Origin: Gemmatimonadota bacterium
Lineage (GTDB): Bacteria; Gemmatimonadota; Gemmatimonadetes; Gemmatimonadales; GWC2-71-9
DNA length: 64,000 nucleotides
Direction: 5' to 3'
Assembly (NCBI GenBank): GCA_040388535.1
Contig: JAZKBR010000004.1
Location: 463,699 to 527,698, forward strand
Part shown: one piece after another, positions 55,586-64,000 of the stretch
How positions within the stretch are numbered: the stretch's first letter is position 1
Layout of the letters: the number at the start of each line of letters is the position of its first letter
Made by a program: the position numbers and the translations under genes
The notes under the pieces: generated by a model
Databases searched by the model: none
What the model was told of the DNA's origin: nothing
What the model saw: only the letters and a program-made list of their open reading frames with translations

Positions 55586-58281
55586 TCGCGGATCCGCAGT
55601 GGACCGAGCTCAACCAGCTCTTCGATGAAGCGGTTGAGCTCCCGGCCGAGCAGCGTGCCCGGCTGCTGGGTGCACTGCGGTTGCGAAATGCTCCCCTGGG
55701 CGAGCGGCTTGCGCGAATGCTCGACGCGCACGATCACCCCGGTCCGCTCGACCAGCGCATCACCCCGATGGATGACAGCTCGCTGCAGGAGCACGCCGCC
55801 GCCGCGTTGCGCGATCGCTACCGGCTCGACGAACCGCTCGGTGTCGGCGGCATGGCCGCCGTCTTCCTCGCCCACGAGACCAAACACGATCGCAAGGTCG
55901 TGGTGAAGGTGTTGCAGCCCCGGCTCGCTGCCGCGATCGGCACTGCCCGCTTTCTCGATGAGATCAGGATCAGTGCCAAGCTCTCCCACCCGCACATCCT
56001 CGCACTGATCGATTCGGGCGAGGCCGACGGACTGCTCTACTACGTGACTCCGTTCGTCGGTGGCGAGACCCTGCGCGAACGACTCGCTCGCCGTGGGGCG
56101 TTGCCGTTGTCGGATGCCGTTGCATTGCTTCGCGATGTCGCCGATGCCCTCGCGCACGCGCACGACGCAGGCGTGGTGCATCGCGACCTCAAACCGGAAA
56201 ACGTGCTCTGCGTCGGGAGTCACGCCTTCCTGCTCGACTTCGGCGTGGCGAAGCTCGAAGCGGGCGCCGCCGTGTCGCGGCCCACCGACCCCGGTCTCGC
56301 CATCGGAACGCCGGGGTACATGGCGCCGGAGCAGGCGGCTGGCGTTACCGTCGATCATCGCGCCGACATCTACGTATGGGGATTGCTCGCGCGCGAACTG
56401 CTGACCGGCCAGCGACTCCTCGATGCGCCACTCGCGAGCCTCCGCGCCGATGTGCCGCGCTCGCTGGTAGCCCTGATCGAAGCGTGCGTCGCGCTCGATC
56501 CGGTGGAACGCCCCTCGACGGCGGCGTCGCTCGTCGCCGCGCTCGACGGCGTGTTGGCCCCGGTGAAGGTGGCGCCACGCTGGCCCTGGCTCGTGGCAGC
56601 GGCAATCGCGCCGATCGCGATCGGACTCCTCCTTGCCAGCAGGCCGGCGAAGCCCGTCGTCCCCGCGCTGACTGGTCCGATCGCCGTCACCCCGCTCGAC
56701 GATGAGACCGCAGATACTTCGCTCGCCGGCTGGGGACGACTCGCCGGCGACTGGATGACCCAGGGGCTGCACGAAGCGAACCTGCTCCCGGTTGTCCCGT
56801 GGGAATCGGCGCTGCTAGCGACCGAGCGACACCATAGCGAGGCGGCGGCCGGCCGCCTGCAGGATTTCAACAAGCTGGTGCGCGAGGAGACGGGCGCCGG
56901 AGCGATCGTACGCGGCAGCTACTACCGCACTGGCGACTCGCTCCGGTTCCAGGCCACCGTGGTCGATGCCCGCTCCGGTGCACTACTGATCGCCGTCACG
57001 CCAGTGGTCGTCCTCCGTGATTCGGCCAACGCAGGCGTGCGACAACTCCGCGATCGGGTGATGGGCGCGATCGGGCTCGCCCTCGACCAGCGCGTCGCTG
57101 CCGGAAGTGCCTTCGCCACTCAGCCACCGACGTACGAGGCCTACCGCTCCTTCGACCGCGGTCTCGCGCATTTCAATCGTTATGAGTATGCCGCTGCACG
57201 GGTCGACCTGCAGGATGCCTGGCACCACGACTCGACCTTCTTCCCGGCGCTGATCCTCGGATCCTACGCTGCCGCGAATGACAACGACTGGGTCGCCGCC
57301 GACACCCTGATCCGGCTCGCGCTCTGGCACCGGCCGCTCCTCAACGACTTCTACCTCTCGTTTGCCGAGATGATGGCCGGCACAGTGAAGGGCGACAAGG
57401 AACGCGCGCTCCGCGGCGCGCTGCGGGGGAGTGCTCTCGCGCCCGGCTCCCGGCTCCCGTACAACGCGGCGCACTTGCTGGAGCAGCTCAATCGCCCGCG
57501 CGAAGCGGATTCGGTCCTGGCCGCAATGGATGCGGACCACGGCCCGATGCGCGACTGGCCCGCCTACTGGAGCCAGCGCGCCTTCAGCAACCATCTGCTC
57601 GGCGACTACGATCAGGAATTGAAGATGGCGCGCACGATGCGGGCGCGGCATCCGATGCAGCGAGTGAGCTGGGTGATCGAGGCCCGTGCCTATGCCGCTC
57701 TGGGTCGGCAGCAGGAACTCGACTCGCTCGTCGCGGTGGCGCGATCGCTCGAACCCGATGTCTACTGGTCGGTGGGAGCAATGCTCGTGATCGCAGGCCA
57801 GGAAGCGATGGTGCACCAGCACGGCAACCCGGCGCTGCTCTTCCAGCAGGCCGTCGACTTCCTGACGCCCCGGCTCGCGCTGGACCCGACCGATCGCAAC
57901 CATCGTAACTGGCTCGCGAACGCACTGATCGGACTCGGCCAGCGCGACTCGGCCGAGCGCGTCCTGCTCGCCCTCGACCGCGACGAGCCGAACAGGCTGG
58001 CGACCCGCGGTCGACTCGCCGTGCTGGCTGCGCGACGTGGCAACCGCGCCAGCGCCGAGCAATGGCTGCTCGACGCTCCCGCACACCAGCGCGGCGAGGC
58101 GCTGCTCTATGAAGCCCGGATGGCCGCCGTCCTCGGCGACAAGGAGACCGCGCTTACCCGCCTCGCCGACGCCCTCCGCGCTGGCGTCGACAACTGGCAC
58201 TGGAACATCCACTACGCCCTGCCCGACTTCGCCGCTCTCTCGCGGGATCCCCGGTTTACCTCGCTGGTCACACCGCATTAG
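55582..58281 (+). CDS. Ser/Thr protein kinase with TM helix and large extracytoplasmic/TPR-like C-terminal domain
   Basis: Canonical Hanks motifs LGVGGMAAVFLA, VVKVL, HRDLKPENVL, DFGVAK, GYMAPE. TM helix WPWLVAAAIAPIAIGLLLA. About 540 aa of helical repeat-like sequence follows. Confidence 0.85.
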   Translation: MIADPQWTELNQLFDEAVELPAEQRARLLGALRLRNAPLGERLARMLDAHDHPGPLDQRITPMDDSSLQEHAAAALRDRYRLDEPLGVGGMAAVFLAHETKHDRKVVVKVLQPRLAAAIGTARFLDEIRISAKLSHPHILALIDSGEADGLLYYVTPFVGGETLRERLARRGALPLSDAVALLRDVADALAHAHDAGVVHRDLKPENVLCVGSHAFLLDFGVAKLEAGAAVSRPTDPGLAIGTPGYMAPEQAAGVTVDHRADIYVWGLLARELLTGQRLLDAPLASLRADVPRSLVALIEACVALDPVERPSTAASLVAALDGVLAPVKVAPRWPWLVAAAIAPIAIGLLLASRPAKPVVPALTGPIAVTPLDDETADTSLAGWGRLAGDWMTQGLHEANLLPVVPWESALLATERHHSEAAAGRLQDFNKLVREETGAGAIVRGSYYRTGDSLRFQATVVDARSGALLIAVTPVVVLRDSANAGVRQLRDRVMGAIGLALDQRVAAGSAFATQPPTYEAYRSFDRGLAHFNRYEYAAARVDLQDAWHHDSTFFPALILGSYAAANDNDWVAADTLIRLALWHRPLLNDFYLSFAEMMAGTVKGDKERALRGALRGSALAPGSRLPYNAAHLLEQLNRPREADSVLAAMDADHGPMRDWPAYWSQRAFSNHLLGDYDQELKMARTMRARHPMQRVSWVIEARAYAALGRQQELDSLVAVARSLEPDVYWSVGAMLVIAGQEAMVHQHGNPALLFQQAVDFLTPRLALDPTDRNHRNWLANALIGLGQRDSAERVLLALDRDEPNRLATRGRLAVLAARRGNRASAEQWLLDAPAHQRGEALLYEARMAAVLGDKETALTRLADALRAGVDNWHWNIHYALPDFAALSRDPRFTSLVTPH

Positions 58282-58379
58282 GTCCTGCTGCGACTGGCGC
58301 TCCAGGAAACCGGTGCCACACAAGCGCCGTAAATCGTCATAGCTTTCGAGATGCGCCTACTCCAACCTCGAGGACCTCA

Positions 58380-58637
58380 ATGACGATCAAGAAGGCTGCC
58401 AGGAAGGTTGCGGAAGAGACCGCGGCCGCGGTCGTGAAGAAGACCACCAGCGCGGGGACAGCGGCCAAGGCGGCAGCGAAGTCTGCGGCCACTCGCCTTG
58501 CCGACAAGGTCAGCGGTCGTGAAGCGAAGCGGAAGAAGGTCAAGAAGGCCGCGGCCGTCTTCCTCGGCGCCGCAGCCGCTGTCGGGGCCGGCGTCGCCAT
58601 CGCCAAGGCCGCCAAGATGAAGAAGAAGGGTCGCTAG
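58380..58637 (+). CDS. Small Lys/Ala-rich basic protein with C-terminal hydrophobic segment
   Basis: 85 aa preceded by GAGGACCTCA ATG. Composition is dominated by A and K (AAKAAAKSAA, KRKKVKKAAA). Contains a hydrophobic stretch AVFLGAAAAVGAGVAIA and a KMKKKGR tail. It could still be a compositional artefact. Confidence 0.4.
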   Translation: MTIKKAARKVAEETAAAVVKKTTSAGTAAKAAAKSAATRLADKVSGREAKRKKVKKAAAVFLGAAAAVGAGVAIAKAAKMKKKGR

Positions 58638-59554
58638 CGAGCACCCGCGGTCGCTGGCACCAGCACATCGAGGGCCAGCGGCCGGATCTTGTACTCCAGG
58701 GGCGCCTTCAGCACCGCGACTTCCCCATCGACCGCCACCCTGACGAAGTGGTGGCGCGCCTCGATCGTGACACTCTCCGCACTCACCATCTCGAGCTGAC
58801 CTGTCAGTTCTCCCTTCGACAGCATCCGCCAGACCAGCCGAAGCAGATGCCAGCGGCGCCTCGCCTGCACGACGTAGACGCCGAGCTCTCCGGTGGTGAG
58901 CGAATCGCGGCCGCCCGCGTCGAGCCCGGTCATCCGGTAGGGATTGTTGCCGATCATCACGAGCGAGGTCCGCCGTAACACCGGTTCACCGTCGACCACC
59001 AGCCGCAGCCCGAGGGTCGGGTTGTGCCGGAGGACACGGAAGGTGGCCCACCCGGCAATGATCCACTTCCGCATTCCGTGCGCGGGAAAGCGCTGCCGCA
59101 GCTCGACAATTCTCGGATAGAGCCCCAGCGACGAGTTGTTCAGGAAGAGTCGGCCATTCACTTCGGCGACATCCACCTGTGTGCGGTGGCCGGCGACAAT
59201 CACTGCGACTGCCTGGGCCAGCTCCTGGGGAATCCCGAGATCCTTGGAGAAGTGATTGAGGGTGCCGAGCGGTAACACGCCGAGCGTGATGTCATGACCC
59301 TGCATCGCGGAGACCACGCTGTTCACCGTGCCGTCACCGCCTGCCGCGACTATTACCTTCGCCCCGGAAGCGATCGCCGCCGCGGTCGCAGTCGCGAGTT
59401 CGCTGCCAGAGTGCGCCGCGAGTACCGTCGCCTCGCGCCCCGCTGCCCTGAAAAGCTGCTCGACCTCCTGCACACGCTCATCGGTCGCACGCGCACCGGC
59501 GGTGACGTTGAGGATGACCGCAGTCGCTTCGTCGGGCGCTAGCATTCCAGGCAC
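58634..59554 (-). CDS. Diacylglycerol-kinase-family lipid kinase (YegS/BmrU-like)
   Basis: VIVAAGGDGTVNSVVSAM and LGVLPLGTLNHFSKDLGIP catalytic-domain motifs. 306 aa. Confidence 0.8.
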   Translation of the reverse strand: MPGMLAPDEATAVILNVTAGARATDERVQEVEQLFRAAGREATVLAAHSGSELATATAAAIASGAKVIVAAGGDGTVNSVVSAMQGHDITLGVLPLGTLNHFSKDLGIPQELAQAVAVIVAGHRTQVDVAEVNGRLFLNNSSLGLYPRIVELRQRFPAHGMRKWIIAGWATFRVLRHNPTLGLRLVVDGEPVLRRTSLVMIGNNPYRMTGLDAGGRDSLTTGELGVYVVQARRRWHLLRLVWRMLSKGELTGQLEMVSAESVTIEARHHFVRVAVDGEVAVLKAPLEYKIRPLALDVLVPATAGAR

Positions 59555-59751
59555 GCCTCCTCACTTGAACATCTGCGGCAGATCGGACATCCTGCAGGCC
59601 CTGGCTCGAGACCGTACCGGCTGGGACGTTCACGGTGACCCTGGACGCACCCTTTTCGCGAGCCGGGAAGCCGGCACATTGTGCGCGAAGCGCCCCGAGC
59701 CGCGTCCACGGAAGGAGAACGCGCCCAACCACCCTTCCCAATGGATCCCGA

Positions 59752-60045
59752 ATGTCGAGCACGCCACAGCTGCAGGTTCTCGGTTGGCTGATCTTCGTCT
59801 GGGGGCTCGCGCTGATGGTGATCGCAGCTCGACGCGGCAAGGAGCAGGTCCGTTCGACGACATTGCGGATCTCGGGTGCGCTCGGCGGCCTGGCCTTCTG
59901 TCTGTTGGCGGCGATCCTGATCTGGGCCGAGACCTCAGTGACACGAAAGGGGCTCCTGACCGGAGCAGTCGTCGCCCTCGCCGCGAGCTGGTATCTCGGT
60001 CGTCATTCTCGCAAGATGGATCGGGCGATCAAGCATACCGCCTGA
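59752..60045 (+). CDS. Small hypothetical membrane protein (3 predicted helices)
   Basis: 97 aa from MSSTPQLQVLGWLIFVWGLALMVIAA, with three hydrophobic segments and no motif. Confidence 0.35.
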   Translation: MSSTPQLQVLGWLIFVWGLALMVIAARRGKEQVRSTTLRISGALGGLAFCLLAAILIWAETSVTRKGLLTGAVVALAASWYLGRHSRKMDRAIKHTA

Positions 60046-60153
60046 TCGCGAAGTGGGCTCGGCGGGCTTGCCCCGGCCGAGCCAGCGCGGGCAGTATTGT
60101 GGTGCTCCCCGCACCCATTCTGTTCCGCTCGATTCAGCCCCGGACCCGCCTCG

Positions 60154-61689
60154 ATGACATCACGGCTCAAGCTCCTCGCGCTCTCGCTCTGCCTGCTCGC
60201 TACCACGGCGATGACGGGCAATGCACCGCAGATCGACTGGGCGATGGTGGCCCGGATCCGCGAGGAAGGGTTGCAGCACTCCCAGGTGATGGAGTTCGAG
60301 GGGTACATCGTCGATGTGCTCGGCGCCCGACTGACACTCTCCGAAGACATGAAGCGAGCCCAGGGATGGCTCAAGGGCGAACTCAGCCGCATCGGCCTCG
60401 TGAATGTGGCGGCCGAACCGTTCATGGATTTCGGAGTCACCTGGGACAACGAGTACACCTCGGTTCACATGCTCGAGCCGGACTATACGCCGATGGTCGG
60501 CTATCCGATCTCGCACACGCCGGGCACCGAGGGGAAGGTGGTGGCGCAGGCGGTGATCGTGGATCTCGTCGGCCGGGCCGACCTCGAGAAGTATCGCGGG
60601 ACACTCAAGGGAAAGGCGGTGCTCGTCACGCCACCAGCCGCCATCGACCTGGTCGCGATGACCAACGGCGTGCCACGGCGGAGTGAAGAAGATCTCCGGA
60701 AAATGGAAGAGACCGTCATCGTGCCGCCGCGAGCCGTCGCGGCACGGAGCGTTCGCAATCCCGATCTGCTCACGGCCGAGGAGAAGCTCGTCTTCTACAA
60801 GTCGGAAGGGGTGGCGGCCGTACTGCAGTGCGAGAGTGGCTGGCTTGGCGCCTGCCGCGGCTATGCCTCTCCCATTGCCCGACGGATGAATTGGTCACGC
60901 GAGGGGATTCTTGCGGCTCCGCCAATGATTGCCATCACACCCGAGCACTACAACCGGATGTACCGGATACTCAAGCGGGACATTCCGGTGAAGGTCGAAC
61001 TCGAAGTCCGCAACCGGATCGGCGACAAGGTCGAGCAGGCGATGAATATCGTGGGCGAAATCCCGGGCAGCGACCTCAAGGATGAGGTCGTGATGATCGG
61101 CGCCCACTTCGACAGCTGGCACGCGTCACCCAACGCGAGCGACAACGCATCGGGCGTCGCAGTGGCGCTCGAGGCGATGCGCATTCTCAAGAAGCTTGGC
61201 GCCAAGCCGCGGCGGACGATTCGGGTGGCGCTCTGGGCCGGTGAAGAACAGGGGCTCTTCGGTTCGCGCGCATATGTGAAGCAGCACTTCGGCACCGCGG
61301 CGGCCCCGACGCCGGCCTACGAAAAGCTCTCGGCGTATTTCAATCAGGACTATGGCTCGGGGCAGTATCGCGGCATTGCGTTGCAGGGGAACGAAGCTGC
61401 GCGCGAGTTGCTGACCGCGTGGATGACGCCATTCAAGGATTTCGGGATGACCACGGTCACCAACCAGAGCCTGGGCAGCACCGATCACGTCGCCTTCGAC
61501 GACATCGGCCTCCCTGGATTCCAGTTCCTGCAAGATCCGACTCCCGGCCAGGGCGGGCACTCCAATCTCGACTTCCTCGACACCATCCAGCCCAACGACC
61601 TGATGAAGAATGCGGTGGTGATGGCGTCATACGCGTGGCACGCCGCGATGGCCGATGCGCGGGTACCGCGGAAGAGCGTGCGTCAGTAG
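60154..61689 (+). CDS. Secreted M28-family aminopeptidase with protease-associated (PA) insert
   Basis: Signal peptide MTSRLKLLALSLCLLATTAMTG. Zinc-ligand contexts IGAHFDSWH, NASDNASGVA, WAGEEQGLFGS and GSTDHVAFD. Confidence 0.8.
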   Translation: MTSRLKLLALSLCLLATTAMTGNAPQIDWAMVARIREEGLQHSQVMEFEGYIVDVLGARLTLSEDMKRAQGWLKGELSRIGLVNVAAEPFMDFGVTWDNEYTSVHMLEPDYTPMVGYPISHTPGTEGKVVAQAVIVDLVGRADLEKYRGTLKGKAVLVTPPAAIDLVAMTNGVPRRSEEDLRKMEETVIVPPRAVAARSVRNPDLLTAEEKLVFYKSEGVAAVLQCESGWLGACRGYASPIARRMNWSREGILAAPPMIAITPEHYNRMYRILKRDIPVKVELEVRNRIGDKVEQAMNIVGEIPGSDLKDEVVMIGAHFDSWHASPNASDNASGVAVALEAMRILKKLGAKPRRTIRVALWAGEEQGLFGSRAYVKQHFGTAAAPTPAYEKLSAYFNQDYGSGQYRGIALQGNEAARELLTAWMTPFKDFGMTTVTNQSLGSTDHVAFDDIGLPGFQFLQDPTPGQGGHSNLDFLDTIQPNDLMKNAVVMASYAWHAAMADARVPRKSVRQ

Positions 61690-62795
61690 CCGGTGACGCG
61701 GTAGCGCACGACCCCACGGAGTCCGTCATCGTCGGTCACCAGTCCCCATAACGTGCCGCGCTCCGCGACTTCCAGCGATACGCCGTCGGGCAGCAGGACC
61801 GTGCCGAGCGAGATGCCGCGGGGATCCAGCGCCAGCCAGCGATGGCCCCCTGATTCGGTCCGCAATTCGAGCCAGACGGTGTTGTCGCGGCCCAGCACGA
61901 CCCGGCGCACGGGAGGGTAGGTTCGCGCCGGCACCACCACTGGGCGCGCCGCCCAGCTCGCGGCACTGCTGATCTTTCGAATTTCCTGCTCCCGCTCCCG
62001 GAGAGTGTCCAGCGCCCCTTTTGTGACTGCAATCGGTGCGAAGGGGAAAACCTTCACGAAAAGGGTGTCATCGTTTGCGCCGATCGAGGTGACTCGGAAG
62101 CTCTCGTCGCTGACTTCGACAAATGCGAATCCGGCGGTCGCGAAAGACTCCGTACTGAGACGTTCAGGGCAGAACGGAATCGCCATATTCGTGATCAGGG
62201 ACCCGACAGCCCTCGACACCTGACAATGCGACCTGGGGAAGAACCCGATAGGCTTGCGAATGGCGCCGGCCGCACTCACGCGGACCAGCATCGTCGTTCC
62301 CGAGTCCGCACGTGCCGCCCAAGCGGGGCGCCTCAGCGTGGGAATGAATGAGACGGCAGCTCGCAAGTCGCCATTGGGAAGGAGCGCCTGCGGCCAGAGA
62401 CGCGAGACACCAACCTCTTTGGAGACCGGCTCCGCAAACGACCGCACGAATTTGTAGCCAGGGGAAAAGACGCTCACTCGCGAAAGCGCCGGATCGAAGG
62501 TCCAGAGCGAATCCTGTTTGAAGCCAATCCTCGTTACGCGCCGGAACTCGCCTGGCCCCTCTCCCTTCCGGCCAACCGTGCTGACCACACCCACCGGACT
62601 GAATACCTTGATGAGCCCATCATTGGCCTGTCCGACCAGGATATCCCCTCGTGGCGACACCGCCACATTGAACAGCACGGCGCTCAGATCCGCCGTGGCC
62701 GGGTCCACCAGCAGATCTCTGCGGACCGACAGCGTTCGCGGCACCTGCACTTGCACCGCCACCGAGAGCAGGAGTCCAGCGGCGAGTGCGATCAT
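61683..62795 (-). CDS. Secreted hypothetical protein, beta-propeller-like, tandem paralogue 2
   Basis: Signal peptide MIALAAGLLLSVAVQV. Shares long blocks with the upstream gene (GEGPGEFRRVTRIGF, YPPVRRVVLGRDNTVWLELRTESGGHRW, GVVRYRV). Confidence 0.55.
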   Translation of the reverse strand: MIALAAGLLLSVAVQVQVPRTLSVRRDLLVDPATADLSAVLFNVAVSPRGDILVGQANDGLIKVFSPVGVVSTVGRKGEGPGEFRRVTRIGFKQDSLWTFDPALSRVSVFSPGYKFVRSFAEPVSKEVGVSRLWPQALLPNGDLRAAVSFIPTLRRPAWAARADSGTTMLVRVSAAGAIRKPIGFFPRSHCQVSRAVGSLITNMAIPFCPERLSTESFATAGFAFVEVSDESFRVTSIGANDDTLFVKVFPFAPIAVTKGALDTLREREQEIRKISSAASWAARPVVVPARTYPPVRRVVLGRDNTVWLELRTESGGHRWLALDPRGISLGTVLLPDGVSLEVAERGTLWGLVTDDDGLRGVVRYRVTGY

Positions 62796-63958
62796 CAGGT
62801 CCCCACCTTGTAGCGTACCACCCCCTGCACGCCATCCTCATCCGTGGTGAGGCCCCAGATGGTGCCGCGCTCGGCGGCCTTGAGCGTGACATCGGTCGGT
62901 AGCTGGAACGCACCGAGCACGTTCCCCCGCGGATCGAGCACCTGCCACCGATGCCCGCCAGCCGAAGTGCGCATTTCAAGCCAGACAGTATTGTCGCGAC
63001 CGAGCACGACACGTCGCACTGGGGGATAAGTCGGCTCGGGCTTGGGCTTCGGCATCGCTTCCGCCATCGGTGGCGGAAGTTGTTTGCGAAGGCCCGCATC
63101 CCACGCTTCGGCACTGTCCCGCGCAGCGGTGGTAATGGCGATTGGCGTGAACGCGTAAGCACGTGAGAACAGCGTGTCGCCGGTCTCACGAATCAGGGTG
63201 ACCCGGTACGTAGCGCCCTTCGCGCCAGATCCCAGCACGTCGACGAGGGCGAGTCCGAGGGCTCCATCCCAATCGGTACTCAGTCGTTCCGGGCAGTACG
63301 GGACCCTGGTGCTGCCCTGACTCTTTCCCACGGTGTAGGAAATGCTGCACCGTGAGGGCGGGGAGACTGCGAGTCGGCGCTGGTATTCGCCAGTCGCTGA
63401 AATTCTCACGAAGAGTGAAGCGCCAGAATCGATGTCAGCAGCCCATGCCGGCTTCGGCGTGCCGTTCCGCATCGAGGCGAGCGCCCGAAGGTCACCACCG
63501 GGGAGCACCGCCTGAGTGAAGAAGTTCACCACCGGTTGCTCGGCAACCTTGGCCTGAAACGCTTTCATCGCCGAAAATGGCTCTGGGAAACTTCGCAGCA
63601 ACTTGTAGTCGGGCCCGAAAAGGGTGATCCGTGCGGTGCTGGGGTCGAGGACCCAGAGCGAGTCTCCGACAAAGCCCACGCGAGTGACGCGCCGGAATTC
63701 CCCGGGCCCTTCACCGGCCCTGCCAATCACACTCATCGCCCCCGTTGGCGAAAAGATCTTGATGTTGCTCTGGCCCGGTTGAGGAACGACGATCTCGCCC
63801 CGCCGGGAGACGGCGATATTGAAGGCTTCGCTCAGGTCGGCCTTGTCGGGCGACACAAGCAGGTCTCGGGTGACGGTGAGTATCCGCGGCGCTTGCGCGG
63901 AAAGTCCGGGCGGGAGGATACCAACGGCGAGTAGCAGAAGTGGCAGGAATCGCTTCAC
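62795..63958 (-). CDS. Secreted hypothetical protein, beta-propeller-like, tandem paralogue 1
   Basis: Signal peptide MKRFLPLLLLAVGILPPGLSAQA. Same conserved blocks (GEGPGEFRRVTRVGF, YPPVRRVVLGRDNTVWLEMRTSAGGHRW, GVVRYKV). 1-nt stop/start overlap with paralogue 2. Confidence 0.55.
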   Translation of the reverse strand: MKRFLPLLLLAVGILPPGLSAQAPRILTVTRDLLVSPDKADLSEAFNIAVSRRGEIVVPQPGQSNIKIFSPTGAMSVIGRAGEGPGEFRRVTRVGFVGDSLWVLDPSTARITLFGPDYKLLRSFPEPFSAMKAFQAKVAEQPVVNFFTQAVLPGGDLRALASMRNGTPKPAWAADIDSGASLFVRISATGEYQRRLAVSPPSRCSISYTVGKSQGSTRVPYCPERLSTDWDGALGLALVDVLGSGAKGATYRVTLIRETGDTLFSRAYAFTPIAITTAARDSAEAWDAGLRKQLPPPMAEAMPKPKPEPTYPPVRRVVLGRDNTVWLEMRTSAGGHRWQVLDPRGNVLGAFQLPTDVTLKAAERGTIWGLTTDEDGVQGVVRYKVGT

Positions 63959-64000
63959 ATCGGGCTCCAGGCAGGGGGACAGGAGTGTGCGGCGGGACCG

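Noticed and set aside
59328-60686. 452-aa plus-strand ORF spanning the lipid-kinase/M28 peptidase region
   Set aside because: It is Arg/Pro/Ala-rich with no motifs. It overlaps the antisense of the lipid kinase and is out of frame with the well-supported M28 peptidase and the small membrane-protein ORF.

Overview
High-GC bacterial chromosomal window, densely coded on both strands. By eye I found no rRNA, tRNA, CRISPR, transposase or integrase. The gene content suggests a diderm of the Gemmatimonadota/Acidobacteriota type; this is inference only. It includes Alternative Complex III, PEP-CTERM proteins, ECF sigma factors paired with Ser/Thr kinases, and TonB-dependent receptor plus ABC sugar loci.

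Layout:
- 151-3101: a cupredoxin, a Cys-cluster protein and an ECF sigma/anti-sigma pair.
- 3273-10635 (-): a complete actABCDEF Alternative Complex III operon.
- 10.7-27 kb: housekeeping genes (SpoU methylase, dinB, queF, gltA, speA, cyclophilin, TetR with an acyl-CoA dehydrogenase) and two tandem paralogous membrane Ser/Thr kinases.
- 27119-28673 (-): two PEP-CTERM secreted proteins.
- 29075-35616 (+): the most interesting locus. It is a four-gene operon encoding a 9-haem lipoprotein cytochrome, a membrane-anchored NapC/NirT-headed ~20-haem cytochrome, a haem-free putative outer-membrane beta-barrel and a 16-haem secreted cytochrome. I interpret it as a candidate, uncharacterised porin-cytochrome trans-envelope electron conduit.
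- 35633-53179: a LacI-controlled glycan locus whose family combination points to beta-1,2-glucan use. It holds a TonB receptor, a GH144-like enzyme, an ABC importer, a discoidin/GH15-like enzyme, an NdvB-type GH94 phosphorylase, a GH1 beta-glucosidase and an MsiK-like ATPase.
- 53351-63958: a Tat-exported DsrE-like protein, a hydrolase, an ECF sigma translationally coupled to a TPR Ser/Thr kinase, a Lys/Ala-rich small protein, a lipid kinase, an M28 peptidase and two tandem secreted paralogues.

Non-coding oddities:
- Two copies of a nested palindromic element: heptad arrays flanking an identical GAAGGGCCGGC hairpin.
- A purine heptad array between speA and the cyclophilin gene.
- A perfect 13-bp inverted repeat carrying two LacI-type operators.

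Many long ORFs in the track are antisense artefacts of high GC content and were not called. Start coordinates I refined are derived from the ORF track by in-frame arithmetic.
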